From Candidatus Poribacteria bacterium (lineage in GTDB: Bacteria; Poribacteria; WGA-4E; PCPOR2b): a DNA stretch of 64,000 nt. The notes under the pieces are model-generated. The model was not told where the DNA came from and made no database searches. It saw only the letters and a list, made by a program, of their open reading frames with translations. This document shows positions 9,221-17,372 of this stretch, piece after piece (the first letter of the stretch is position 1; every line of letters begins with the position of its first letter). Both the position numbers and the translations under genes were made by a program. Where the stretch lies: NCBI GenBank assembly GCA_965247655.1, contig OZ252032.1, forward strand, positions 3,717,888 to 3,781,887. The letters run 5' to 3'.

Positions 9221-9238
9221 GGTATATATCAGCGATTT

Positions 9239-9790
9239 TCAAATTAGATCGCTATACGATACGGAGACTAAATCTTCTTCCTTAATTCCAAGCGCGTCCT
9301 TCACAAGCTGGTGTTCCGCCTGTGCTTCCTCTTCCGTTTGGTTGCGAATCACTGTTTCTAATTCAACAAACTGACCGAGATCTCTTACCTCATCCAGATG
9401 GATGCGCGTGTCGCCAAATATCCACAACTCCCGCTGCTTCTCAACAACACCTTTCACCCCCCAAGCCATTGTCGCGATCTGCATGAAAGCCGTCGGTTCA
9501 GAGATATCGCATACCTGATAACTGCTATAACGTGATTCTGCACGATCGGAACGTTCATAGTAGATGAGTTGCACTTCATCGGTATTGATTTCTCGCAGCT
9601 TCAACCTGCCTTGAGGAATGTTAAAATAGGTGTCAAGTTGTTTCATTGTGCGACGATGTTCCGCTTGGAGATTGATAAGATGTCCGCGGAGTACATCGAG
9701 TGAATCACAATTTGCTTTGAATTCTAGGTTTTTCAATGTCCTTTTAGGAACCTCCTTCTTATAAAATCGCGTAAAATTGCGTGATTTCAA
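9239..9790 (-). CDS. CYTH-domain protein / class IV adenylate cyclase (CyaB-like)
   Basis: LEFKA (ExK) start motif, then ...LKLRE..., ...IHLDEV..LGxFVELE. The true start may be the internal TTG at 9733 (MKNLEFKA). Confidence 0.7.
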   Translation of the reverse strand: MKSRNFTRFYKKEVPKRTLKNLEFKANCDSLDVLRGHLINLQAEHRRTMKQLDTYFNIPQGRLKLREINTDEVQLIYYERSDRAESRYSSYQVCDISEPTAFMQIATMAWGVKGVVEKQRELWIFGDTRIHLDEVRDLGQFVELETVIRNQTEEEAQAEHQLVKDALGIKEEDLVSVSYSDLI

Positions 9791-10084
9791 TAGACTATTA
9801 GGACTTACGCAGTTGAACGTTCAACCCCTTGTAGTTCAGTGACTCATTACCGGACAATACGACTCACGACGTCCGATGAATCGGGCAACTACAGTGGTTT
9901 GTAGTAAGTCTCGAACTCTCGGAACGGAGGCGATTTATCGACCGTACCCCCTCTAACTCCCCTACCCCCCTTTATCCCCCCGCAAGCAGGGGGAGGGAGG
10001 GGAGAAAGCAATGAATTGCGCTACTACAAATTGCTTTGAATCCCGATAAAATCGGGGCTGAAGTGCGTAACTCCTAAGACTATA
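9791..10084. repeat. TIR-bounded repeat element containing several hairpin modules
   Basis: TAGACTATTAGGACTTACGCAG (9791-9812) matches the reverse complement of GTGCGTAACTCCTAAGACTATA (10063-10084) at 17/22. Interior: a C-rich/G-rich hairpin at 9957-10004 and a CAAAGCAA/CCCGAT module at 10029-10060. Confidence 0.6.
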
Positions 10085-10139
10085 TTGTTGATCTAGCAAA
10101 TCGGGTTTCATATTGTAGAGTTATTTAGTTTTCGTTTGT

Positions 10140-10195
10140 TTCCTGTCTGAGTCGGGATTCGGAGATCCCTCCTACAGGAGAATTAAATGCCTCTA
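10140..10195 (-). repeat. Repeat module (reverse complement of the left end of the 21548-21804 element)
   Basis: GAGTCGGGATTCGGAGATCCCTCCTACAGGAGAATTAAATGCC is the reverse complement of GGTCATTTAATTCTCCTGTAGGAGGGATCTCCGAATCCCGAC at 21551-21592. Confidence 0.7.
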
Positions 10196-10214
10196 TGTCA
10201 TATTGAAAAAGCAC

Positions 10215-10243
10215 TTGACAAAAACGCTAGTAATTTATAAAAT
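10215..10243 (+). promoter_or_regulatory. Sigma70-type promoter candidate for tyrA-cmk-plsC
   Basis: TTGACA (10215-10220), a 17-nt spacer, then TAAAAT (10238-10243), about 40 nt upstream of ATG 10281. Confidence 0.5.
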
Positions 10244-10280
10244 CTCCGCAGCACATCATGGAGAACGAGCATGGGAAAAT

Positions 10281-11168
10281 ATGTTTGCAGACTTTAGTCA
10301 GATTAGGAACATAACCATTTTAGGTGTCGGTTTAATCGGTGGCTCTCTCGGCTTGGCGTTGAAAGCCAAGGGTTTCCGCGGAGAAATCACCGGGCTCGGT
10401 AGGCGGATGCAGACGCTCGACATCGCGCTCGAACGCGGTGCGGTTGACAATGCGACCACCGATTTTCACACTGGAATTCACGACGCGGACCTAGTGGTTA
10501 TTGGAACCCCGGTAGATCTCATCTCTGAAATGGTGCAACGTATCGCCGAAATTCGGACATCTGACACCCGACCTTTATTGATCACAGATGTTGGTAGTAT
10601 TAAAGGTCAAATCATTGAGGAAATCGAGAGTTTCTTAGCCGTTTCTAACCTACACTTTGTTGGATCACACCCGATGGCGGGTTCCGAAAAGACAAGCGTT
10701 GCAGCGGCACGTGCAGACCTATTCGATAGTGCAAAATGTATTGTGACCCCGACGGACAATACCCACCCACAGGCATTGAAACTTGTCACAGACCTTTGGC
10801 AATCTGTTGATACACAGGTCTGCCACCTCTCTCCCACCGAACACGACTTACTCATCGCGGGCGCAAGTCATCTACCACACCTCATTGCTTCCATCTTGAC
10901 AAATACAGTGGGAGACATCGGTAATGACACAGCAAATGCGCTCGATTTCGCTGCAACCGGTTTCCGCGATACAACCCGCATTGCTGCGGGTTCTCCACAG
11001 CTTTGGCAGGCAATCTTCATACAAAATGCCCGCTCACTGCTACCGATGATTGATTCGACAATCGAAAGCCTCGCTCAATTCAAAACCTTACTGGAAAACC
11101 GAGACGATGTTGAAATTGAACGCCTCTTGGCGCATGCAAAGATGTTAAGGGATACATTGGAGGAATGA
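10281..11168 (+). CDS. tyrA: Prephenate/arogenate dehydrogenase
   Basis: ITILGVGLIGGSLGLALK Rossmann motif and a GSHPMAG block. The ORF-track TTG at 10203 would translate the promoter, so I start at ATG 10281. Confidence 0.85.
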   Translation: MFADFSQIRNITILGVGLIGGSLGLALKAKGFRGEITGLGRRMQTLDIALERGAVDNATTDFHTGIHDADLVVIGTPVDLISEMVQRIAEIRTSDTRPLLITDVGSIKGQIIEEIESFLAVSNLHFVGSHPMAGSEKTSVAAARADLFDSAKCIVTPTDNTHPQALKLVTDLWQSVDTQVCHLSPTEHDLLIAGASHLPHLIASILTNTVGDIGNDTANALDFAATGFRDTTRIAAGSPQLWQAIFIQNARSLLPMIDSTIESLAQFKTLLENRDDVEIERLLAHAKMLRDTLEE

Positions 11169-11830
11169 TGAAGGAACGGCTAACGATTGCAATGGATGGT
11201 CCCGCCGGCTCAGGAAAAAGCACGATTGCCCAACGTCTCGCCGAAAAGTTGGACTATCTTTATCTGAATTCAGGTTCGATGTATCGTGCGATGACGCTCT
11301 TATCCATCCGAGAAGGGGGAGATTCGACGAATGTGCCTATGTTAACCAAATTGGCAAAGAGTTGCCGGATTGATTTCTTAGACAACGGTAAGACTACCCT
11401 GTTGAACGGAGAAGATGTGTCGGACTCCCTTCGCACTCCAGAAATTGACCGTGCCATTGTCGATATCGCAAAAACCCCTGAAGTACGGCATGAGATGGTG
11501 AAACAACAACGTCGGATTGGTGAAAAAGGCGGCATCATCGTTGAAGGACGTGACGTAACGACGGTTGTGTTCCCGGACGCGGACCTGAAGTTTTACATCA
11601 ACGCCTCCGTTGAAGAGCGTGCGAAACGCCGTTTTGCAGAACAAAAAACAAGGGGTATTGAGACAACCTTAGAACAGGTCGAAAAAGAAATTCGCGAACG
11701 AGATCAGATGGACGAATCTCGTGAGCATAGTCCGTTGCGCACCGCCGAAGATGCAATTGTCATAGATACAACTAGCATGACCATCAACCAAGCTGTGGAC
11801 TTCGTTCTAAACCGAGCAGAGGTAGGCTAA
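11165..11830 (+). CDS. cmk: Cytidylate kinase
   Basis: IAMDGPAGSGKSTIAQRLA P-loop and NSGSMYRA. ATGA overlap with the tyrA stop. Confidence 0.9.
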   Translation: MMKERLTIAMDGPAGSGKSTIAQRLAEKLDYLYLNSGSMYRAMTLLSIREGGDSTNVPMLTKLAKSCRIDFLDNGKTTLLNGEDVSDSLRTPEIDRAIVDIAKTPEVRHEMVKQQRRIGEKGGIIVEGRDVTTVVFPDADLKFYINASVEERAKRRFAEQKTRGIETTLEQVEKEIRERDQMDESREHSPLRTAEDAIVIDTTSMTINQAVDFVLNRAEVG

Positions 11831-12480
11831 TGCGACGTACCAATTTCGGATTCTGGACAGATCAGCTCCCATATCGCTGGTCACACCGAATTACCAATTT
11901 TGTCTTTAATCTTTTCGGTAAATTGGAATCTCATGGCTATGAGAATATTCCACGACACGGTGGCACCTTAATTTTATGCAACCATGTGAGCTATTTCGAC
12001 CCCTTCATCGTTGGCGCCACGGCGAATCGAGAGTTGCACTTTATGGCAAGGCATGATTCTTTTGATATGCCGGTGATAGGCTCTCTGATCGCTGCACACA
12101 ATGCGTACCCAGTAAAACGCGGCACGGCAGATCGCGCTGCGCTCCGACGCACCATCTCCCTGCTGAAATCAGGAAATGTAGTCCTCATCTTTCCCGAAGG
12201 CACACGCAGTGTCGATGGTACGCTGGGCAAACCCCATGGGGGTGTCAGTTTCATCGCTCATAACGCAGGGGTACCTGCTATTCCCGCTTATCTCAAAGGA
12301 ACGATACTCCCCCGTAATGCGAAATGGATTCATCCTGCTCAACTGACCGTAACCTTTGGCACCCCCATCGATTTCACAGAGGCGCGACAAATTGAGGACA
12401 AACGCGAGCTATACCGGCGGATGGGTGAGCAGATTATGCAGGAAATTGCCAACATCCGGGACGGACAAATGCGTAAGTGA
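11830..12480 (+). CDS. plsC: 1-acyl-sn-glycerol-3-phosphate acyltransferase
   Basis: NHVSYFD (HxxxxD) and FPEGTRS motifs. TAATG overlap with the cmk stop. Confidence 0.85.
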   Translation: MRRTNFGFWTDQLPYRWSHRITNFVFNLFGKLESHGYENIPRHGGTLILCNHVSYFDPFIVGATANRELHFMARHDSFDMPVIGSLIAAHNAYPVKRGTADRAALRRTISLLKSGNVVLIFPEGTRSVDGTLGKPHGGVSFIAHNAGVPAIPAYLKGTILPRNAKWIHPAQLTVTFGTPIDFTEARQIEDKRELYRRMGEQIMQEIANIRDGQMRK

Positions 12481-12551
12481 AATGATTCGCCATTCGCTAC
12501 CGACCGCCAAGAAACTCCTCATTAATCAATCTCGTTTCACACCTTAGAATA

Positions 12552-12902
12552 ACTCAAGTCGAGTTTCCATACTCGACATCCACTAAAAATAACGCAAGTT
12601 GCTAGTTGTCTGATAACACTACACACATGTCGCCCCGCTGGGGCTTTGGGGTGTGGTGATTGGCTCTTGCTATACACATTGCGCTCCTCTGGAGCGCAGG
12701 GATTACCCCTATCACCGTTCTATAGACATATCGCTCCTCTGGAGCGAAAGGTATTATAGCACAAGTTGCGATTCGGAGATCGCTTGACAGGTTAGGAAAC
12801 CTGTCCCCACTAGAAACCGTGTATACTTGGTGTAGGAGGGAATTCCAATTCCCAACTCTTGCATCGGCTTCTGACGCTTGGTTTATCAACTAGCAACTTA
12901 GG
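12552..12902. mobile_element. Composite MITE-like element (family A plus extra modules) between convergent plsC and dapB
   Basis: Flanked by TTAGAATA (12544-12551 and 12903-12910). TIRs: AATAACGCAAGTTGCTAG (12588-12605) and CTAGCAACTTAGGTTAGAAT (12890-12909). Hairpins: GCCCCGCTGGGGC, GCGCTCCTCTGGAGCGC and TCGCTCCTCTGGAGCGA. Homologous to 32152-32343. Confidence 0.7.
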
Positions 12903-13700
12903 TTAGAATAGGACTTCTGCGATGTCATGCAAGCCCTTCGGTGCACCCATCACCCACCGTGCTGCACGAATCGCTCCACGCGCAAGCGGTTCACGGTTTT
13001 GACCGCGATGTGTTATCTCAAGACGATCACCCGTACCGACAAATAAAACTGTGTGATCGCCGGCAAGGTCTCCTCCTCGAATGGCGTGTATACCGATCTC
13101 CTTCTTGGTGCGCTTTCCGACGATGCCGTGCCTACCGTACACGCCGACTTCTGAAAGATTTCTGTCCAGTGTTTGAGCGAGGACCTCAGCCATCCGTAGG
13201 GCGGTCCCACTCGGTGAATCGACTTTTTGATTATGATGTGCTTCAATGACCTCCACGTCGTAGTCGTCCCCGAGCACATTTGCAACGAGTTGAATCGCTT
13301 GCAACATAACATTGATGCCGACGCTCATGTTGGATGCCATCACGCACGGGATTTGAGGTGCGAGTGTGTGCACCTGTGCTAATTCCTCTTCATCATATCC
13401 TGTCGTTGCGATGACCATCCGCTTTCCGGCGTCTACAACGTTCTGGAGATGCTCAATGGTTGCACTTGGCGATGTGAACTCAATCACAACGTCTCCGTCA
13501 TCCAGAATTGCAGGCAGATCACTGGTAACAGGCACACCGATTGTCCCAATTCCGGCTACTTCTCCTACATCCTGCCCAAGTTGCGGATGCTCAGAGAATT
13601 CGATAGCACCGACAATCTGCATATCTTCCTGTTCTGAAACGCCTTGCGTAATCATCTTACCCATGCGCCCACAGGCACCATTAACAATAACACGAATCAT
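12903..13700 (-). CDS. dapB: 4-hydroxy-tetrahydrodipicolinate reductase
   Basis: MIRVIVNGACGRMGK N-terminus and the EAHHNQKVDSPSGTAL signature. Confidence 0.9.
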   Translation of the reverse strand: MIRVIVNGACGRMGKMITQGVSEQEDMQIVGAIEFSEHPQLGQDVGEVAGIGTIGVPVTSDLPAILDDGDVVIEFTSPSATIEHLQNVVDAGKRMVIATTGYDEEELAQVHTLAPQIPCVMASNMSVGINVMLQAIQLVANVLGDDYDVEVIEAHHNQKVDSPSGTALRMAEVLAQTLDRNLSEVGVYGRHGIVGKRTKKEIGIHAIRGGDLAGDHTVLFVGTGDRLEITHRGQNREPLARGAIRAARWVMGAPKGLHDIAEVLF

Positions 13701-13805
13701 ATCTTTTTCCTTTCTACACCGCCAGAAAACCTTGCAAAAACTTCAAATCTTCGCACGATTCTCAAAGCTGATAAAGATGAAAACAAATCTCTAAATCATT
13801 TAGTC

Positions 13806-14759
13806 CTACCGGCGTAACCAGAGTCTCACATAATGTCGCCGATGTTCTGGATCGGGATAGTCCTCAAATGCGGTGCGGTTGTGCAGGATCCAGCGGTTAT
13901 TGGTAAACAGCACCTGTCCGGGTTGTAGGTTGAACTCCACTCTGAAATCTGTGCGACACAGCAACTCTTCCACAACTTCTAGTGCCTTTTTCTGATCTGC
14001 GGTCAGCCTTTTGCCCGCACGCTCGTGACCTACCTGAATGTAGTACTGCAGGTATCGGAGCGTCAGTTCGCCCCTACTCCACTGGAAGATTGGGAATTGA
14101 GATGTCGGGGATTCCCCGGCTTTGAACTGTCCTCGACGATCGAAACAGAACAGCTGATAGAGGGTTTTGAGGACATCGGGGTGATTTTCCAGCAGTTCAT
14201 TGTGGAGTGCGTAGCCGCTGATAAGCTGACTCTGTCCGCCAGATTTTGCTGTATGCAGGCAGAGCAGCCCCACAAGGTCGGGCAGCAGTTCGCCGAAGGA
14301 GTTGTCGTTATGAAACGAACTCTCGGCATTGGTTACTGAGAACCGTGCTCCCTGCGCCACATGTTGACCCGTATCTCGCACATCGTATAACAGGGTTCCT
14401 TCAATATTCTGTTCCATGGGATTGCCGAGGAACTGACCAATCATCCAGTACATTGACAGCGATTCTTCAACCTGATACTGTTCGATCGGCACCCGTTCGA
14501 CGATAGCAAAACCACGTCCCGAATTGAGGGCATCAAGTGCCGGTTGAAGGCACCCTTCACAGCCATTGGCTGATCTATCCGGACGGGAAATCTCTGTAAT
14601 CGGTTGGGAACTACGCTGTGCGTCACGGATAACCCACTTGAAGCTGGAGAGACAATCCTTGGATAGCGGGTAGTACCAAGCTGTAGTATCATCAATGCTA
14701 CTCGCCCGCCAAGCGCGCTCATCGGAAACCCCGTCGGTCAATATCTGGGAGCTATTCAT
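13806..14759 (-). CDS. Fe(II)/2-oxoglutarate oxygenase, TauD/TfdA (clavaminate synthase-like) family
   Basis: 317 aa with an FHNDNSF (HxD) block and a C-terminal ...NNRWILHNRTAF....R...RLW pattern. Confidence 0.65.
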   Translation of the reverse strand: MNSSQILTDGVSDERAWRASSIDDTTAWYYPLSKDCLSSFKWVIRDAQRSSQPITEISRPDRSANGCEGCLQPALDALNSGRGFAIVERVPIEQYQVEESLSMYWMIGQFLGNPMEQNIEGTLLYDVRDTGQHVAQGARFSVTNAESSFHNDNSFGELLPDLVGLLCLHTAKSGGQSQLISGYALHNELLENHPDVLKTLYQLFCFDRRGQFKAGESPTSQFPIFQWSRGELTLRYLQYYIQVGHERAGKRLTADQKKALEVVEELLCRTDFRVEFNLQPGQVLFTNNRWILHNRTAFEDYPDPEHRRHYVRLWLRR

Positions 14760-14788
14760 AGTCGCGTCTCCTCACCCCACGTTCACCC

Positions 14789-15586
14789 TTACTCGCTATC
14801 CGCCCAAGCACCCTTTGCCATCATCCCACCGTCAACACAAACGTATTCGCCGGTCATGAAGGATGCTTTGTCACTAGCGAGGAACAGCACGACGTTGGCA
14901 ATTTCTCTGGGTTGACCGATCCGCCCCATCGGATGCGCTTTACCCCATAGCTTCTTGAGACTCTCCAAGTCGCCTCCCATGAAGTCCACGGCCTCCGCCA
15001 CCAATGGCGTATCGATTGTTCCGGGATTGACCGCCAGCACCCGAATATTGTCTTCGGCGTACTCCAGAGCGAGTTGACGGGTCAGAGAAAGGGCACCACC
15101 CTTACTGGCTGCATAAGCAGACACGCCTTGCATCGACTGTAGCCCCTGAACACTAGCGGTGTTGATAATAGCACCGCCTCCACGCTTCTTCATCTGCGGC
15201 ACACAGTATTTGGTCATGAGGAAGAAACTCTTGAGATTGACATCAATGATGCGATCCCACATCTCCTCCGGAAATTCGTGGGCGGGTAGGTAGCTATTCG
15301 CAGGTTGGATGCCGACGTTGTTGCAGAGGATATCCACTCCGCCCCATTCTGACACGGCTGTCTCGACAACCCCTTGGCATTCGCTGCTATGGGCAATATC
15401 TGCCTTCAGGAAACGCACGGTTCCCTCCATGCTTGCGGATTCTTCGACGAGTTGGGTTCCTGAATCTTCGTCCAGATCTGCGCAGAGTACGCTAGCACCT
15501 TCTTCGGCAAAAGCCCGGCTGATACCGCCGCCGATGCCTCTGGCACCGCCGGTGACAATTACGATTTTATCTTTGAAATCTGGCAT
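14789..15586 (-). CDS. SDR-family oxidoreductase
   Basis: VTGGARGIGGGI, NNVG, YAASKGG. I start at ATG 15586 (AAAGGAGAA RBS), not the upstream alternative at 15619. Confidence 0.85.
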   Translation of the reverse strand: MPDFKDKIVIVTGGARGIGGGISRAFAEEGASVLCADLDEDSGTQLVEESASMEGTVRFLKADIAHSSECQGVVETAVSEWGGVDILCNNVGIQPANSYLPAHEFPEEMWDRIIDVNLKSFFLMTKYCVPQMKKRGGGAIINTASVQGLQSMQGVSAYAASKGGALSLTRQLALEYAEDNIRVLAVNPGTIDTPLVAEAVDFMGGDLESLKKLWGKAHPMGRIGQPREIANVVLFLASDKASFMTGEYVCVDGGMMAKGAWADSE

Positions 15587-15669
15587 GATATTTCTCCTTT
15601 TACAACTCTGTGAAGGCATTGAACCTTCGCAAGGCTAGATTGTTATTCAGAATAGATTATCATAATCTT

Positions 15670-15712
15670 CCGATCTGTATCCCCCTTGCCTTAGCAGAGG
15701 GATACAGATCGG
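15670..15712. other. Perfect 14-bp-stem hairpin (function unknown)
   Basis: CCGATCTGTATCCC (15670-15683) pairs with GGGATACAGATCGG (15699-15712) around a 15-nt loop. Followed on the plus strand by CAGCCTTTATTTTTG. Confidence 0.6.
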
Positions 15713-16126
15713 CAGCCTTTATTTTTGTTGAAAAACTAATTGAAATATAGTATATTTCCACTATCCACTGGTTGAGAGATTGCAGCTTCGGGCAACCCCG
15801 CCCGTTGCTCTCAACCGCCTACTGCAAAGGGTTGAGTGGATGTGGAAAACACCAGACGCCACAAAAAAACAAACATTTAACCGGCACCCCTATCACACTT
15901 GATGTGATAGAGCCGCATAATGTAAATGTGCGAAGGACATGCCTTCCACGTATCGGTAGCCCCTCGGTTTCAAGGGGTTTCCGTAGTGCGCCAAATGGCC
16001 CGCGCCGCCCCATTTGCATGAGGTGTGGCCCTTTGAGTTGACAGGGGAAGCCTCCCACGAGGAGATGCAAGATGGCCCCATACTAGCAATGTAGGTAAAC
16101 CCTAAGAAACCCGGACGGGTAAGAAT

Positions 16127-16146
16127 CCCCGCCCTTTAGGGTGGGG
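16127..16146 (-). terminator. Candidate intrinsic terminator after the PLP-enzyme gene
   Basis: GC-rich stem CCCCGCCC/GGGTGGGG with a 4-nt loop, 25 nt past the stop at 16171. On the minus strand it has one A.C mismatch and is followed by AUUCUU. Confidence 0.3.
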
Positions 16147-16170
16147 AGTGGTTAAACATTATACAACAAT

Positions 16171-17148
16171 TCACACAAATTTTTCTTTAATTTCTTGCTG
16201 CAATAGATCATCCACATTCGCACCTGACGCGATTAGACAGACTGTCTTATTTTCTAAAGCAGTACGCATCTTCAATGCTGCGGCTAAAGGTGCAACGCCG
16301 GCACCTTCTGGTAGGTGTCCGGTATGATTATAGAAGGCACCCATCGCCTCTTTCAAATCGGTCTCAGAAACCACCCACATCTCATCGACAACTGCTAGCA
16401 TCAGATCGACCGCTTCTGGAATAGATACCCGTACTGCCATACCGCTGGCAAAGGTGTCGCAACTTTCCGTGTCCACAGCGTGGCCCGCCTGAAACGACAA
16501 CGTCATACAGGGCGCTAAATCGGATTGGACACCAATCACCCGGATTGATGGGTTGAACTCTTTGAGTGCTGTCCCGATACCGCCGATTAATGCACCATTC
16601 CCAACCGATACAATAACGGTTTCTACGTTGGGCAGTTCCTGAACAATTTCCGATCCGATCGTGGAAGTGCCGGCGACTATTTCGGGGCAGGAGCCATCCT
16701 CAATAAAGACCGTATCCGGTGAGAGTGGACGTTGTTGCAGTAACTCTTTGGTTTCGTCCAAATCTCGACCAATCATTTCTAACTCCCCGCCAAACTGACG
16801 GATCAGTTCGAGTTTGCTCTGGTCACAATTGACGGGTACGCCAACGGTGAGTGGCAGGTTGTATTCCCGGCAGGCGAACGCCATGGCGGCACCGTGATTC
16901 CCTGTAGAAACGGTGATGACTCTTGACACACTTCTGCCGTTCGCAAGCGCGTGGGCAAGATTCAACGCCCCCCGGATCTTGAAGGATTTGACGGGACTGA
17001 GGAACTCATACTTGACAAATACACTCGCATTCAAGCGTTCGCTGAAGACGTTCTCCCGCGTCAAAGGGGTGGGGTCAACATGCTGGGCGATAACGCGAGC
17101 GGCAGCGATTGTATCCCCATGGGCGGGCCGGAGTTTGATTTCAGACAT
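16171..17148 (-). CDS. PLP-dependent threonine ammonia-lyase / serine-threonine dehydratase family enzyme
   Basis: SFKIRGALN (PLP lysine), STGNHG, and the GNGALIGGIG glycine loop. Confidence 0.8.
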   Translation of the reverse strand: MSEIKLRPAHGDTIAAARVIAQHVDPTPLTRENVFSERLNASVFVKYEFLSPVKSFKIRGALNLAHALANGRSVSRVITVSTGNHGAAMAFACREYNLPLTVGVPVNCDQSKLELIRQFGGELEMIGRDLDETKELLQQRPLSPDTVFIEDGSCPEIVAGTSTIGSEIVQELPNVETVIVSVGNGALIGGIGTALKEFNPSIRVIGVQSDLAPCMTLSFQAGHAVDTESCDTFASGMAVRVSIPEAVDLMLAVVDEMWVVSETDLKEAMGAFYNHTGHLPEGAGVAPLAAALKMRTALENKTVCLIASGANVDDLLQQEIKEKFV

Positions 17149-17183
17149 AACTAATGATTCCCTTTCAGATGTTTGTATATCGC

Positions 17184-17342
17184 AAGTTGCTAGACAGCCT
17201 GTAGGTCGAGGATTGCTATATACACCCCGCCCCGATAAGATCGGGATTCAAAGCAACTGGGGCTTTGGAGGTCGGGCAAGATGCCCAACCTACGGGTATA
17301 GGGGACTGACTTTTATCGCGCCGCACATAACTAACAACTTGG
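17184..17342 (+). mobile_element. MITE-like element (family B) flanked by a perfect 13-bp direct repeat
   Basis: GTTTGTATATCGC occurs at 17171-17183 and 17343-17355. Ends are AAGTTGCTAG... and ...CTAACAACTTGG. The interior is homologous to 43564-43845. Confidence 0.7.
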
Positions 17343-17372
17343 GTTTGTATATCGCTGCACTCAATTGCCTCA

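Noticed and set aside
9792-10083. AGACTAT at both ends of the 9791-10084 element, as a 7-bp target-site duplication.
   Set aside because: The same AGACTATTA string occurs at 9068-9076 next to another terminal repeat. It is more likely part of the element end than a duplicated target.
10203-10280. N-terminal extensions proposed by the ORF track: tyrA from TTG 10203, the second PD40 gene from 7645, the SDR from 15619, GNAT from 40814, pyrF from 46523 and aspS from 56250.
   Set aside because: In each case the extension would translate the RBS or promoter, and a downstream ATG has a properly spaced Shine-Dalgarno sequence. The family-typical N-terminus begins at that downstream start.
12602-12889. 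95-aa minus-strand ORF between plsC and dapB.
   Set aside because: It lies entirely within the repeat element. Its sequence is the translation of hairpin modules that also occur untranslatable at other loci, and there is no RBS.
15772-16081. Three overlapping 62-89-aa ORFs in the 15.6-16.2-kb gap. I also considered tmRNA, RNase P, SRP RNA and group II intron domain V.
   Set aside because: The ORFs have Cys/Arg/Pro-rich composition with no start context. I found none of the conserved RNA signatures (tmRNA tag plus TCCACCA end, RNase P GGAAAGTCCGGGC, SRP GGAAGCAGCC, domain V consensus). The region is kept only as an unexplained-region finding.
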